DNA of 64,000 nucleotides from Parasitella parasitica NRRL 2501 (GCA_025201805.1 MU619244.1:166095-230094), one strand, 5' to 3'; shown: positions 11,230 to 23,711, counted from the stretch's first letter. The notes: a model not told the origin generated them from the letters alone. A program made the numbers and translations.

Positions 11230-11850
11230 TTAAAAGCTTGTTTTATTATAGTAGTTGATGATCTGGCACTTAGAATGTCTACAAAATCCCTGAAGATCGC
11301 TGACGCGTACATGTATTTGTAATTCTTTGCAATAGTTTCTCTTCGTTCATTAATCTATGACGCTTCATTTTTCCTTTTATAAGAGTCCAAAACTGCTCAA
11401 CTGGGTTCAGTTCTGATGAGTAAGGAGGCAAGTACTTTACTCTATAACCTCTGCTTTCAATTTTTCTCATGATTGGATGAGACTTATGAATAGTACAGTT
11501 ATCCCTTACAAGGTAACTATCCATAAGACTTTGATCCATGTCTATGATGTCAAGTTCATCCATAGATTTTGAAAAATGAGCAGTAGTTGTACCCTTTGCT
11601 ACTGGCTTATTTTTCTCAACATCAGAAATATTTCCAACATCAACATACTCTATAGCACGCTTGTCAATGATGATATTACCTGCTTTTTACTCTTTGCTCT
11701 TTGTTTTTTTGTGGTTCTGACTTGACTTTTTGAACCTTTTTGGCTTTTGGGTGGCGGTTTTTTCATAGGGACATGGAGAACACTAGTACAGTGTATAGCA
11801 CCGATAACGGTGTGAGATGGAGAACGAACCTTTTCAACTTCTACTTCTCC
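11230..11850 (-). mobile_element. Tc1/IS630-like DD34E transposase remnant (C-terminal half)
   Basis: VRSPSHTVIGAIH, KPVAKGTTTAHF, YLVRDNCTIHKSH..GYRVKYLPPYSSELNPVEQFW, SDLQGFCRHSK; frameshifted. Confidence 0.9.
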
Positions 11851-12361
11851 TTCGCATTTTCTCTTCTATTGTCCAGCCAAAGCCAATATTTGGCAGGCTG
11901 TTGTTTTCGAATTTCTTTAGCTAACAGTATCCATTCATGACATTATATAAGCTATTTGCTCTTTTGATTTCTATGACATTAGCTACAGACAAACAAGTGT
12001 TATAACTGCGCCTCTCATAGTTTTCATAGTCTTGGCTAACATCTGGAGAGCTCACTTTCGCTTTACTCCTTTCACTACCGCCGCGGTTCTGGCCAACATC
12101 CGAATCGATGTTTTAAAACGCATTGAGGAAGACTCAGTTCATTCCGTTCTGTAGCATACTGGTAGGGTCATCGTTCTATCGTCAAACTGAACACCTTCAT
12201 TTATTATCATCTTTTACTTTCATATGTTTTATCCCTTCTATCAATCTCTGCCCCTCAGTATTATTTTATCTCCGTCTGACTGAATCTTATTTGGCGCCTT
12301 TTGAGCCAGTTTCACTACTGTGCTTTACACGGAGCAATCAATAAAAACCCTAAAAAAAAAA
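11851..12361 (+). mobile_element. 5'-truncated non-LTR retrotransposon (LINE) 3' fragment with poly(A)
   Basis: HFLFYCPAKANIWQAVVFEFL..LANIWRAHFRF; similar at the nucleotide level to 19760-20040; ends aataaaaaccct-A10. Confidence 0.8.
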
Positions 12362-12381
12362 GATCTCTTTTTTTTTTTTTG

Positions 12382-14278
12382 GTCCACGCGAACTTCAGTG
12401 AGTTATTGTCAGAAAAAAAAGACAAAAACTGTAAGAAAACAATGTTTAGCGATCTCAAACACAAAAACAAGTAATTCAAAGTAATTTATTAGACTACAAG
12501 GCACCTTTTGATTACATATTTGCATAGCTTAGAGCAAGTTTTTGTACTTTTCAAGTTGAAATCAGATGAAGGGAGCGACTTTTCCGACTTTTTTCGGAAA
12601 AGTGTTTTTCGAAATTGGAGCGTGAGATCGTCAGGTCAGTTACAGATATTCAAGTGCTACCATTTGAAAGATAAGAAGCACAAAATTTAAATGAAATAGG
12701 TTGTACTTGTTTTTCTTTCAAATTGAGTAAGCTATGGCTTCTCAAAGCTCGTGCTTTCTTCAAACAAAACAACCATTTTCTTTTGATAGCGGAGATTAAA
12801 CGCGGCCAAAACCAGGAAGAAAGAATTCTTTCAGAAACTCCATTTGGACAATTAGAAAACTAAATTACTTCTTTGAGGCAAGATATCATCTTCCGATACT
12901 ATGCATACCACGGCTGTCAGTTTATGATAATAGCTGTATTTTTAGACGCTCTATACGCTGGTATCAATTCGTTATTCTCTTATACTTATGGAAGGAATTA
13001 TGTCGAGAAAAACTCAAAACAGATCATGAGGGAAAAGTCAATATTTTGCTTAATCAGAGCGCATTTCCAGTCTTTCAGATCAAGGAATGGTCTTTTACGA
13101 TCATTTTCTTCTAATATATACTATAGTAAAAAGTTGCATTTTTGAGGTCAAAATCGAGAACAATGCATAATCGATGATTTTGGATGCGTGGATACAAGGA
13201 AAAAATCGAAAAAATCCGTCATTTTGCATCGAAAAAAAAAATATGCTCGAATTGCACCAAAATCATATATAACATAGTTTTTTATCAATGGATACTATTT
13301 TTCGTGTTTCAGGGCACTTTTGATTATGAAAATTAACCAAAAAATGGCTCGCGAAGCTAAAGCTCTTGCTTTTAAGCTGTAAAAATATCTTTCTGGAGGT
13401 CATATCACGTCAATATCAATTCTACAGCTCTATAAAGTAATATTTTTGATGCCACTATTATACCCTTCTTCATAGTAANNNNNNNNNNNNNNNNNNNNNN
13501 NNNNNNNNNNNNNNNNNNNNNNNNNNNNNNNNNNNNNNNNNNNNNNNNNNNNNNNNNNNNNNNNNNNNNNNNNNNNNNNNNNNNNNNNNNNNNNNNNNNN
13601 NNNNNNNNNNNNNNNNNNNNNNNNNNNNNNNNNNNNNNNNNNNNNNNNNNNNNNNNNNNNNNNNNNNNNNNNNNNNNNNNNNNNNNNNNNNNNNNNNNNN
13701 NNNNNNNNNNNNNNNNNNNNNNNNNNNNNNNNNNNNNNNNNNNNNNNNNNNNNNNNNNNNNNNNNNNNNNNNNNNNNNNNNNNNNNNNNNNNNNNNNNCG
13801 TCATTTTGCATCGAAAAAAAAAATATGCTCGAATTGCACCAAAATCATATATAACATAGTTTTTTATCAATGGATACTATTTTTCGTGTTTCAGGACACT
13901 TTTGATTATAAAAATTAATCAAAAAAGGGCACACAAAGCTAAAATTCATGCTTTTAAGCTGTAAAAGATATCTATCTGGAGATGATATCATGTCAGCATC
14001 AATTCTAGTACATGACAAAGCTCTATAAAGTAGGTATTTTTGATACCGCAAGTAAACCTTGCTTCATAGTAATATGATAAAACAGGTGTGGCCCCATCGA
14101 GTCGGAAGCAGAAGAGGATAATTAATGAATACAATGTTTTGCTGTAATAATCCACTTTTATTTGTGAGTAATTCATAGGTTGCTAATTGCTAGTGACAGA
14201 GAAGCCCTCTTACCATTGTTCAGAACCCCTAATATATATTATCACAAACACTGTGACATTTATCATTTACTTGAACTT
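12382..14278. mobile_element. Non-coding interspersed repeat (TIR element, copy A), spanning an assembly gap
   Basis: Reverse-complement similarity to 60347-61603 along its length (e.g. gacaaaaactgtaaga, gatcatgagggaaaagtcaatattttgcttaatcagagcgcatt). Terminal motif ..tatcatttacttgaactt followed by TTAA. Confidence 0.85.
13479..13798. other. Assembly gap (N run)
   Basis: Run of N. Confidence 1.
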
Positions 14279-14479
14279 TTAAAAGCCTTCACATAATAGC
14301 TGGCAATATAGAAATGTCACCCGACTTAATGCTAAACGATAGATTAAAATTTCAAAACGGACAATATTTACCAGCCGCACTGTAACTTCTGTGTCAATCG
14401 CTTCACGGGCTTTTGGTTGACCAGCATAAGCAATTAGCATTAGATCAAAATGTTAAAATGATTGCCCAAGGCATAATAT

Positions 14480-15299
14480 ACTACGGTTTGACATATGTCT
14501 TTATTGACAAATCAATAAAGCTCTTTTACCACAGGCGATTTGTGAATGGAAGCATTATCCATCACAAAAAAGTAGGAACCAGCATTGGTTTCATCCAGTT
14601 TCTTCGTGATCCCACTAACAAAATCTTTGAAGATCTCCCCTGTTGTGCCTCATTTGACAACTTCAATTGAGACATCTTCAACGCCACGGTGGGAGACGCC
14701 TGCAAGAATTTACATGTTCACAGCTCGCTTCATGTCATTATCAACTACGCTCAAAGAGACTTTTTTGTAGTAGCCTTGTCCACGTACAAGATTGGCATTG
14801 AATTCAGCCTCGTCCACAAAGACACAATTGGTCTTGAAGGCAATACGTCTTTCAGATAATCTATTTGAAATAGAATTGCATCTTTACTGGGTGTTTTTTT
14901 TTGGTCTCCCACTGTCTTTGTTCGCTTCACGTTAAATCCAAGGCCAATGACAAGTAATTCCACACACCACTTGGAAATATACCTCAACAAGCAAGAACTG
15001 GGAACTTCTGTTCCAATGCCTCCTTGAGCATATCAAGATTTTGCGTGCAGTCGCCGTCCAAGAGCTTTTTGATATGCTTTCCATGCTCATGCTCATGCTC
15101 AGTCTTTGTTGTCTCCTTTTTTCTTCTTTACCAAACATCCAGGATATTTCTGACAGATGAGGTGGACAGTTGGCATCGTCGCGCAGCCTCTGAAGCAGTG
15201 ATTGGATCATTAATTTGCTCGATGACAAGCTGTCTAGTGGCGGCAGGAATATTTCTTTTTTTCGGCTCTTTTGTCTTTAGTTGATGAAGTACGAGGCAT
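14480..15299 (-). mobile_element. Degenerate Tc1/IS630-like transposase, related to the 5.5-6.6 kb copy
   Basis: Minus-strand pieces: IPAATRQLVIEQ..ASEAARRCQLSTSSVRNIL (HTH), HIKKLLDGDCTQNLDMLKEALEQKFP, LGFNVKRTK, TNCVFVDEAEFNANLVRGQGY, VMDNASIHKS. Many frameshifts. Confidence 0.8.
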
Positions 15300-15971
15300 T
15301 TTTATTAACTCAAGTGTAATTGAGAAACGTGAAACCGTATGTGAAAGAGAGCAGAAAGGTTATAATTAAGCTGAATATAGGACTTGTAATATATACAAAT
15401 GAAACAATGATTAGATCCTAATTAACGTTTACATATGTCGTTATGTCATTGTCAATTATTATCATGTAGCGCACATTTTTTTTTTTTTTTTTTTTTTTGC
15501 CTACTTGTATTTGAAATCTGGTGGGCACGGCTATTTATTTCGAATCCCACAACTTACCCTGCAATAATGACAAGCCTGAAAATAAACAGTCGAAAGAGCA
15601 GAATTAACCTTCCAAATCTGTTTTCTTCTTCGGAAGAAATATTTCCTTTCTAACTGATAAATAATCAAATGCAACGGTTTAAGAGGATTGTACGGCAGAG
15701 AGATTAAATTTTCAATTGGGCATGTTGATAAGATATTTACGTTTTGATGTACAATATCGGTATTTGTGCCTTTGGAAACACACTTTATCAATGGCATTAT
15801 AATAGAAATGAACAAATTTGGGATATTGTATCTTTGGTAAAAAATATCTTACTTTCATGTGATAAGAACAGACCTTCTTCTGTTATTCCCACCCTTAAAA
15901 AGCCAAAACGCAATTTCTTTTTTTAAACGTTTTCTTTATTTATCTTTCTTTTCAGCACATCTCATGCTACA

Positions 15972-16730
15972 ATGGCTACTACAGATTCGTTAGATATGTC
16001 TACTGCTTCCATGTTGAGTAGCGGAGAACACGACACATTGTCTACGAATGATTCCATGGTTGAACCATTACCAACGCCACCCACACCGCCTAAAGAATCA
16101 CAATATTTAGATAACTCTAAAGATTATCAGCCATTGCATACATTGCCTGTCATTTCTTCTGGACAGCAACATGATACAAATGAAGAAGAGCAGATCATAG
16201 CAAGGCAGCCATCTACTCTAGCGTTTATCAAGGGACATGTTCACTACTTCTTGAAATCCGCTTTGCAATTCGTATTCAAAGACAATAATCTACCCTTATT
16301 AATCAACCTTATATATCATCTTATTGCAGCAAGAGCATTATTAAATAAACCATGGAGAACGGTTATTCGTTACTTGGGCATCCCACCTACACCCAAACCG
16401 AATTCTGCATTGAAGCACCAGATTGAACAAACAACATCTATTGCTATTGATCTACTCAGAACGCAAGGTGTGTTTCATTTAGCTATGGGCGCATTAGCGG
16501 TATTAGCGCTAAAGGAGAGAAGACAATCATCAGAAAGATCAGCTTTGTTTGTATTGACATTATCTTCTGTTGGTCAGACGTGGTCTCATTTCAATGCCTA
16601 CTGGAAATCAAGTCATCAGCAATATAACCTCAAGGCATTGCAAGAAGTAGGCGGTTCAGATTTATTGGTTGCTTTGATCAGCTCCATTGCTTTGACAAAG
16701 ACAGCAAGAAGGACAGGGAAATTGGTTTAA
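15972..16730 (+). CDS. Hypothetical membrane protein (252 aa, disordered N-terminus, about 3-4 hydrophobic helices)
   Basis: Uninterrupted ORF with hydrophobic segments LPLLINLIYHLIAARALL, GVFHLAMGALAVLAL, ALFVLTLSSVG, LLVALISSIAL. Confidence 0.75.
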   Translation: MATTDSLDMSTASMLSSGEHDTLSTNDSMVEPLPTPPTPPKESQYLDNSKDYQPLHTLPVISSGQQHDTNEEEQIIARQPSTLAFIKGHVHYFLKSALQFVFKDNNLPLLINLIYHLIAARALLNKPWRTVIRYLGIPPTPKPNSALKHQIEQTTSIAIDLLRTQGVFHLAMGALAVLALKERRQSSERSALFVLTLSSVGQTWSHFNAYWKSSHQQYNLKALQEVGGSDLLVALISSIALTKTARRTGKLV

Positions 16731-17964
16731 TTATGTTGAGTTGCTTTGACCAAACCTTTACTGATATGATAGTAAACGATGGCTGAATCAGAAGAATAAA
16801 TAGCCAGCGTTAATTTTCTACAATGAGCAGACATAGTTAATCTTGGTGTAATTAAGATTTGCCCAAATAAAAACACACATACTCAACTGGAGTCTTTATA
16901 GAATCAAACATATATGCTATGTTATCCATTGAAAGATTGGCTTCATCTTGCAACACAGGTATGATAAAGAGCTGATTACACTGCAGATAAGTATAATCAA
17001 TAAATTAGCTTCTACACCTTTAAAAATTACCCAACCTACAGTTTTTTCTGGTTCGCGTGCTAAGAATATACATGTCTGCAATCCCTGATTTGCTTCAAAT
17101 TGAACATCTTTCCACTTTTTGGCTAACACGAGATCTGAAAATATTCTTTGAGAAAGAGAGATATTATTAGGGGGAAATCCGTTGGAAGCTAGTTCAATAT
17201 TCTTGAGCTAAAGTAGATGAGAACATATGCACGCATCATGTCGGGTTTCAATCAAATAATACTCTACTTGTTCTTGGTATGTCATAAAGAGCAACGTTCC
17301 AATTGTTGCAAGAGCGCGTGATTTTCAAATGGAGAAAATTTTTTGGTAGACCTCAGCTACAACACTGCATTATAAGATACCTACACTATTATTATTTAAG
17401 AATAGCATATCTTTTGCTCAGTTGCTTGCTATTACAAGAAGTAAAGATAGACGGCATTACCCAAAACCTGCGCACATTTCTGAAGAATAAATTTAGAGAA
17501 CGTAATAAATCTGCCATGTATAAAAATTGTAAAAGATGATGCTGGAATCCTTAAAATTCACGAGAGAAGCAAAAAACCTTGTTTTTGACAGCAGTTGCTG
17601 TTGCATAGCAACTAAATATTTGATCTACCGGATGCATGTTTTGGGCGTTGCTAAGCCTGCTATACATGAGAAACGTTCGGATATTGCATCAGCTGAATGG
17701 CGGCAACCATCACATCATTTTTAGATTAAACCTGAGAGGATTATCGATTCTTTTAGACCCATAGAAGTGTTTTTAAAAGTATACGCAGCCAGATAACATG
17801 GTGTGATTAAAGCAAGTATCGAAAGGTTGCCTGTCGTGCCTTAGACAATCTCAGTTGCCTCCGTTCAGGCCTCCAGTGTGGTAAATGCTCTCTGAGCCAC
17901 GCTTTATTTGTATAACTTTTAAGTACTAATATACTTTTCCCTTTATTTTTTCATATCTTTTCAA

Positions 17965-18930
17965 GTCGTCCATCGTGGAAATCACTTATGACAGATCAAA
18001 GGAAGGATGTCAAATCCTATTTACGAGGACACCTATTTCCTGGAGATTGGCGGAAAAGGTAGTTATGCTCAGATAGCGATGACCATGCCTCTTCTTATGG
18101 TGCATAAGACAGTGTTTATCTTGCTCTTTATCGAAGCCTATCATCGATTATATGCAATTCTGATATGAAAATTTGTGACACCCATCTGATACCTTTATGG
18201 ATATCAATGAAAGCATGGACGCCAATGTTGTTGTCAGATAGCGCCAAGTCAACGCTAAGTTCTTCAAGCAGAAGTCGAAATTTCTTCAAAAAAGTTCTTC
18301 TTCAGATTCTTTATTCTCCAAGAAGAGACAAAGACATGTCCCATCCTAGATTGTAGGCGACTGATCCGCTTTCAGAAGCCACAGATGCATTTGCTCAAGT
18401 TTGGCCGAAAAAAGGAGCTTATTGCTTCCTACTATGATAACTAAATCCACAAGACTTACGTCAAGTAAAGGCCAGGAAAATCAAGCAATTAGTATTGGCG
18501 ACTCCATATTGGACAACACAGCACTGGTTCCTTATGATACTACAAATGAACCATCCGGATCAACCGATATTTTACAAGAAAAGTAAGTCGTTGACCTTAG
18601 CCGCATGACTACTATCAGGCATGAACGCAGAAAAAAGGGTCTCTATGAAAAAACGTCTGGGTATTTGACAGGAGCTCAAACGTCTCTACAGCGATATGTT
18701 ATGATAATGGCTTGATAATGGCTGGAACATTTGGCTGTCATGGTACGAGGAGAAACAGAAAGATCCTCTGGAAGATGATGCAAATAATGTGCTGCTGTAA
18801 TCCTGAGGGAGCAAAAAAATGGCTATCAACACTTGAGTACGAGAAGATCAGCAATCGCATCGGTCTTCAAAGTAATTTATCCTGCAAAAGGTCCCATAGC
18901 AGGTCTAACAAATGACCATACCCTATTTAT
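17965..18930 (+). mobile_element. Highly decayed DIRS1-like retrotransposon remnant (post-RNase H methyltransferase-like domain + N-terminus of tyrosine recombinase)
   Basis: From 18363: DPLSEATDAFAQVWPKKGAYCFLL**LNPQDL..LVLATPYWTTQHWFLMILQM..LAA*LLSG, matching the DIRS pattern DAF..WP..Y.FPPW.LIP..VLV.P.W..Q.W.P. Then DNGWNIW..YQHLSTRRSAIASVFKVIYP..PIA (YR SAM-like region). Confidence 0.7.
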
Positions 18931-19249
18931 GCCTTTAAACATAAATAATAGCGAGAAGACAAGGTTAATCAGGCCAGCAAGCATATCTGGATGAATCAAA
19001 AATCAATGTATTCAAAAAATCGAAAACAAGCAAGAAAGAGATGCAGTCAGTCAAATACTGCCACAATTACTACTACCACTGAAACTGCTGCTTCTTTCAA
19101 TGATAGAAGGGAAGGATCTGTCATTGATGAGTTCTCTCTTTTTAACAACATGCATGACCCATGCGATACTGGTTACGAGGTTGTTGAAACTGTCACCGAG
19201 ACTCCAGCTCCTCGTATTTATGCTAGAAAAAGTAGAAAGGAGTATTAGG

Positions 19250-20143
19250 TCGACAACATTGAAAACTTGAAGAGATGGTATCTCCAATCTTTGAGATCAA
19301 TGGGCATGCGGATCTTTGCCCTCAAGCTTCCAAAGATATCACCGACGGGAGATGGCTAGTCATTTTGATCGAGTCAAGCTTATTTCTTAAAATCAAGCTA
19401 AAAAGCTTCAACGCTTGATTTTTTATAACAAGCTTTTTTCAAAAATGTCTTCAACGATTGATTTTACTTCCTTCACACTCCAGTTCGAGTCTCTTAACAG
19501 GGCCAACATCTTCTCCAAGATCTCAATCAAGACCTTTCGTCAGGCTTGTTCTTCTACTTTTATACCAACCTCTTTGACTGTAATCAGCTCTGACTCGTGG
19601 AAATTGTTTTGGTCATTAGCTCTAAGTATGGTACAGCGAAATGTCGTACACCGCTTCATCAACAACAGAGTTCCTCATATCTCCCTTCTTCATCGACTAT
19701 TTCCGGAACAACACCCTTCTCCACTATGCGCTATTTGCTCCCTTACTGTCGACTCTCCTACACACTTCCTCTTTTATTGTCCAGCGAAAGCCAACATTTG
19801 GCAGGCTGCGTTTTTCGAATTTCTTTGCCCTACTGTCTCCATCCATGACATTATTTCCGCGATTCATTCTTTGGATCTATGATATTCGCTACAGCCAACA
19901 AATTGCCTTTCCTGCGCTCCCTTCACTGCAGTCGCAGTTCTGGCCAACATCCGTTTCGATGTTCTACAACGCATTGATGAAGATGTGCCCCATTCTGTAT
20001 TGTAGCCTACAGGTAGCGTCAGCATCCTTTCGTCACATTGAATTCCTTCCATTATTTTTTTTTTTTAATTATTAGCCTATGTTATTATCCGTTATTTCTT
20101 ATTCTCATTATTTACTCTGTCTGCCGATTTGCCAAAAAAAAAA
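19250..20143 (+). mobile_element. 5'-truncated LINE 3' end (zf-RVT-like domain) with poly(A)
   Basis: WKLFWSLALSMVQRNVVHRFINNRVPH..LHRLFP..SPLCAIC..DSPTHFLFYCPAKANIW (C-x2-C..H-x4-C); A10 tail at 20134-20143. Confidence 0.85.
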
Positions 20144-20589
20144 CAAAGTATTTATCAAAGAAATTTCATTGATTCATGCGTGGAAAGAGGCTGTAACAAG
20201 CCATGCTCTTGATTCAAATTAGTTTATTTGTGTATCCATCAGTTTTGTGGCTTTAACAATATAAAGGGATAGAGAGATAAAGCCATTCTATACCATTATT
20301 TATGCTTGTAATTATTTTGGCTAGAAGCTTTGGTCAAATTATTTGCAAAACAGAGGGCAGCTTACTCTCAAAAAGTTGGGCAAACCAGCTTCAAACATTT
20401 GACCAAACCAGTTACTTGATTTTCGAAAACACCACTCACTTTTTTGAGTGAGGTTAAGTTGCCCAGGAAAAGGAAATTGGAAATATTGCACCTTTTTTTG
20501 ATGAAAGGAAAAGTCTACTTTTATTTTGAGAACTAACAAATTTTCAGACGATTTCTTTTCTTTCAGATAATAGACGCTGAAGAGCTTTT

Positions 20590-20982
20590 TTTTTTAAAAA
20601 AAAAAGCCTTTAAAGACAGGTACTACGGCTTATCATATAGTCAAATTTATAGAATCTGTAATGGATGTCCTTGACAAAAATGAGATGACAAGGGGTTTTA
20701 TTGTCATGAATAATTGTAGGGTACACCATTTGCTGTTGGTGCTAATGAAAAACGGGGATACAAACCATTATTCATGCCATCTTACTCTCCGTTTCTATCG
20801 AAAAGTGCTAGTGAAGATTAAAAGTGGGGTTAGAAGAAATCCTTTGAAGAAAGGCGGTGAGCTGAACACGTCGTATCGCTGAAGCATGCAACAAGGTGAC
20901 TACAAAAGACTGCTTGCAGAGGGTAAAACACGCTGAGTCTTATTGGGAGACATGTATTCAGAAAGAAAAGGGTTTAAAATAA
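20590..20982 (+). mobile_element. Tc1/IS630-like transposase C-terminal remnant
   Basis: GTTAYHIVKFIESVMDVLDK..FIVMNNCRVHH, GYKPLFMPSYSPFL, KIKSGVRRNPL, IAEACNKVT..HAESYWETCIQKE; frameshifted. Confidence 0.8.
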
Positions 20983-21075
20983 CTAATGCCATGCTCCTGT
21001 CTTTGTTGTCCTTTTTATAAATAGAAAACAATCAACTAATTTTTTTTCCTTAACTGCAAAACTTATTTTATCAGC

Positions 21076-21636
21076 ATGTCCAGCCCAAACCATCCAGAAA
21101 CATTTACTAGAATGAGAGAAGAAACGCCAACTACTTCACATGGATCGAGGACACTGACAGTAGAAGAAACAGCACTACAAGGACAAAGTGGAGACGAAAA
21201 TGTTGTTAGCTCGGATGGCGAAGAGCATGTAGGTGTATTACGTTTGCGAGGCGATATGAATACGAGAAGAAGAAGAGTGATTCAATGGGACGAAAGTGTC
21301 ATTGACAATGAACATATGAATAAGAAGAAAACCAAAAGTGAGTTTTTACGCTGTAAAAAAACGATAATGATTATGACTGAAAAAATAATAGTCTGTTGCA
21401 TATATCATAAACCTCATGCCGTTGGAGAATCATCAGAATCAGAAAGCGATAGTTCGAGCGACGATAGCAGTAGTAGTGGCAGCGACAGTGACAGTAATCA
21501 TGCCAAATGCAATCATAACCATGGCCAAAGAAAGAAGAAGAGAAACCCTAGAGATGTGAGTCCTAATGCGTATGAACGTCAGCCCGTGTACAAAAGTTTG
21601 TATATTCATAGTAAACACCAAATATATACTAATTGA
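21076..21636 (+). CDS. YPI1: Type 1 protein phosphatase regulator Ypi1 / inhibitor-3 (PPP1R11-like)
   Basis: [22 protein letters not shown]|ICCIYHKP (RVxW motif plus the conserved KK.K.CCI.HK), S/D-rich tract, SPNAYERQP. Intron 21338-21391. Confidence 0.92.
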   Translation: MSSPNHPETFTRMREETPTTSHGSRTLTVEETALQGQSGDENVVSSDGEEHVGVLRLRGDMNTRRRRVIQWDESVIDNEHMNKKKTKSEFLRCKKTIMIMTEKIIVCCIYHKPHAVGESSESESDSSSDDSSSSGSDSDSNHAKCNHNHGQRKKKRNPRDVSPNAYERQPVYKSLYIHSKHQIYTN

Positions 21637-21863
21637 TAATCTTAGATCGTTCTTTACCATCTCCATCAAAATAAATATAGTAAATTGATCAAAATTTTTG
21701 TATTGCTTGAAAAAAAAAAAAGAAAAAAAAAAAAGGGATTTATATGTTAAGGAGTGTGCCATTTATCACGGAATGAAAGGAAAATGTTTATTTTATTTGA
21801 CATGGTAGAAATCACAATTCTTCCTTTTTCTTCCCTTCTGCTTTTTCAGTTCTTTTTCGCTAA

Positions 21864-23533
21864 ATGGATTGCAATCATCATAACGAGAAATCAACAGATC
21901 AAGGCCACTGGTCTGATTTTTTACATGGCAACAACAAGAAGGTTAAAAAAAAGAACAGCAGATCGAAATCCATGTTTGAATTAGCCGATAATCCATATGC
22001 AGACGATAATTGCTGCTGCTGCGATGATGAAAATGCAACAACTAGTTCAACCAGGCACAATAGCCTCGTTTATTCGATATTAACGTCATCCACACTAAAC
22101 AATCCTGAAGCATATCCTTCAGCATCGGCTGCAATCCTATTTCTACTGAAATTTTCCAAGTTGTTAGTTTCATGCGGCGCACCGTCTCATCGCCTAGATT
22201 ACTGCTTGCAATTACTAATGCAAAAGTTTAATGTAAAAGCACAGTTTGGTTATTTTCCCGGCTTTCTTGTTGTTTCGTGTGGTGATTCAGGTATGTCTAC
22301 ACAATGCGAATCGTCTTTTTTTTTTCTACAGGAGAATAAATCCGAAAGATGTGTTTACAAATAGAAAATTTAGCTGCATCGGTTCAAATCATCAAGGCAG
22401 AAACTGCACTCGATTTGCACAAGTTAACACAAACATACCAGCTATTTGAATCTGTGCTGTGCGACGAAATATCGTTGCAGGAGGCCATTGATCAACTAGA
22501 TTCAATCAGCCGAGATTGCCCTTTATATCCATTATGGCTAACGTGGTTAGCGTATGCTGTGGCATCGAGTGTTAGCGCTCCCTTATTTTTCTCGGGAGGT
22601 GCTGTTGATATGGGGTTTGGTCTGTTGTTGGGCCTCATTGTAGCAATTGGGTTTTTGCATGTCTCTAAAAGGGTAACCCGGTTTGGTTCTATTTTTGATG
22701 TAGTGCTAAGTGCGGTGGTGGGCTTTATTGCTTCGCTCATTGCTGCTAGGTTCCCTACAACTACGTCTTGTTTTTACGCACTCTCTGTCGGCGGTGTCGT
22801 TATGCTACTACCAGGCTATACAACGCTAATTTCTATTTTGGAAATTGCAGCTGGTGAAGTAGCTTCAGGGACATTGCGTCTTACAACAACGCTCGTCTAT
22901 TCACTCATGATTGGATTTGGTCTTGCCATTGGTGCTAGTTGTCATAAAATAATGTTCCCTACTTTGGCTCTGGTGAGCGCAGATACGCAGCAATGCGAGA
23001 ATGGTATATCTGCTTGGTACCATTTTTTGTTTGTCCCTCTATTCGCATTAGCCAACTTGGTCATTCTCAAGGGACACATTCGGAAATTCCCTGTCATTCT
23101 AGCATTGGCAGTAGTCTCGCACGCGGTCCATTTCTTCTCGCTCTCTTGGTTTATCTCTTATCAACATGTAGCAACTGTGATGGCTGCATTTGCCGTTGCC
23201 CTTGTATCCAACTTTTATGCAAGATTCAAATCTACAATCGGTTTTGTAGATATGATCACTGGCTTGCTATTTTTAGTGCCTGGATCAGTAGGAGTTTCCA
23301 GTTCCCTGAATACATTTACTTCGTCAGCGCATGCAACTGAAATAAGCATCATATTGAATGCTAGTCAGCAGGGTGCTATATTCGCAACGCATATGATGGT
23401 TATTACTGTGGCTGTTTCGGTGGGGCTTGTGTTGGCAGCTGTAGTGGTTTATCCCGTCCGAAAAGTAGTAGATTATCGCAGAAAGACGCCTCGCTATCGA
23501 AGGCGCAATTGGGTTGGAGAAATAACGTTTTAA
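21864..23533 (+). CDS. ThrE-family putative threonine/serine exporter (Prm10-like membrane protein)
   Basis: FLLKFSKLLVSCGAPSHRLD, LDLHKL, GGVVMLLPGY..LEIAAG..SGTLRL, GLLFLVPGS; about 10 TM segments. Intron 22291-22364. Confidence 0.88.
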
Positions 23534-23711
23534 ATGGCATGTAAATAAAACACAGTTTATATTATTATATGTCCTTGGTGATAAACGAAAAGGTCAGCAA
23601 TTGCATAATATATCTGCATATACAGAATCCAAAATCATGTTTCCTAAATTGTTTTATTTCAAGCGCAAATGTATATAAATATACTGTATGTCACCAGAAG
23701 GCTCAGCAGAT

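Noticed and set aside
12508-13145. Short ORFs in the repeat arm (also 61008-61205)
   Set aside because: The frames are not preserved between the two repeat copies, so they are treated as non-coding.
13430-13870. ORFs consisting mostly of X (also at 31.1-32.3, 55.3-55.8 and 59.9-60.3 kb)
   Set aside because: Artefacts of translating N gaps.
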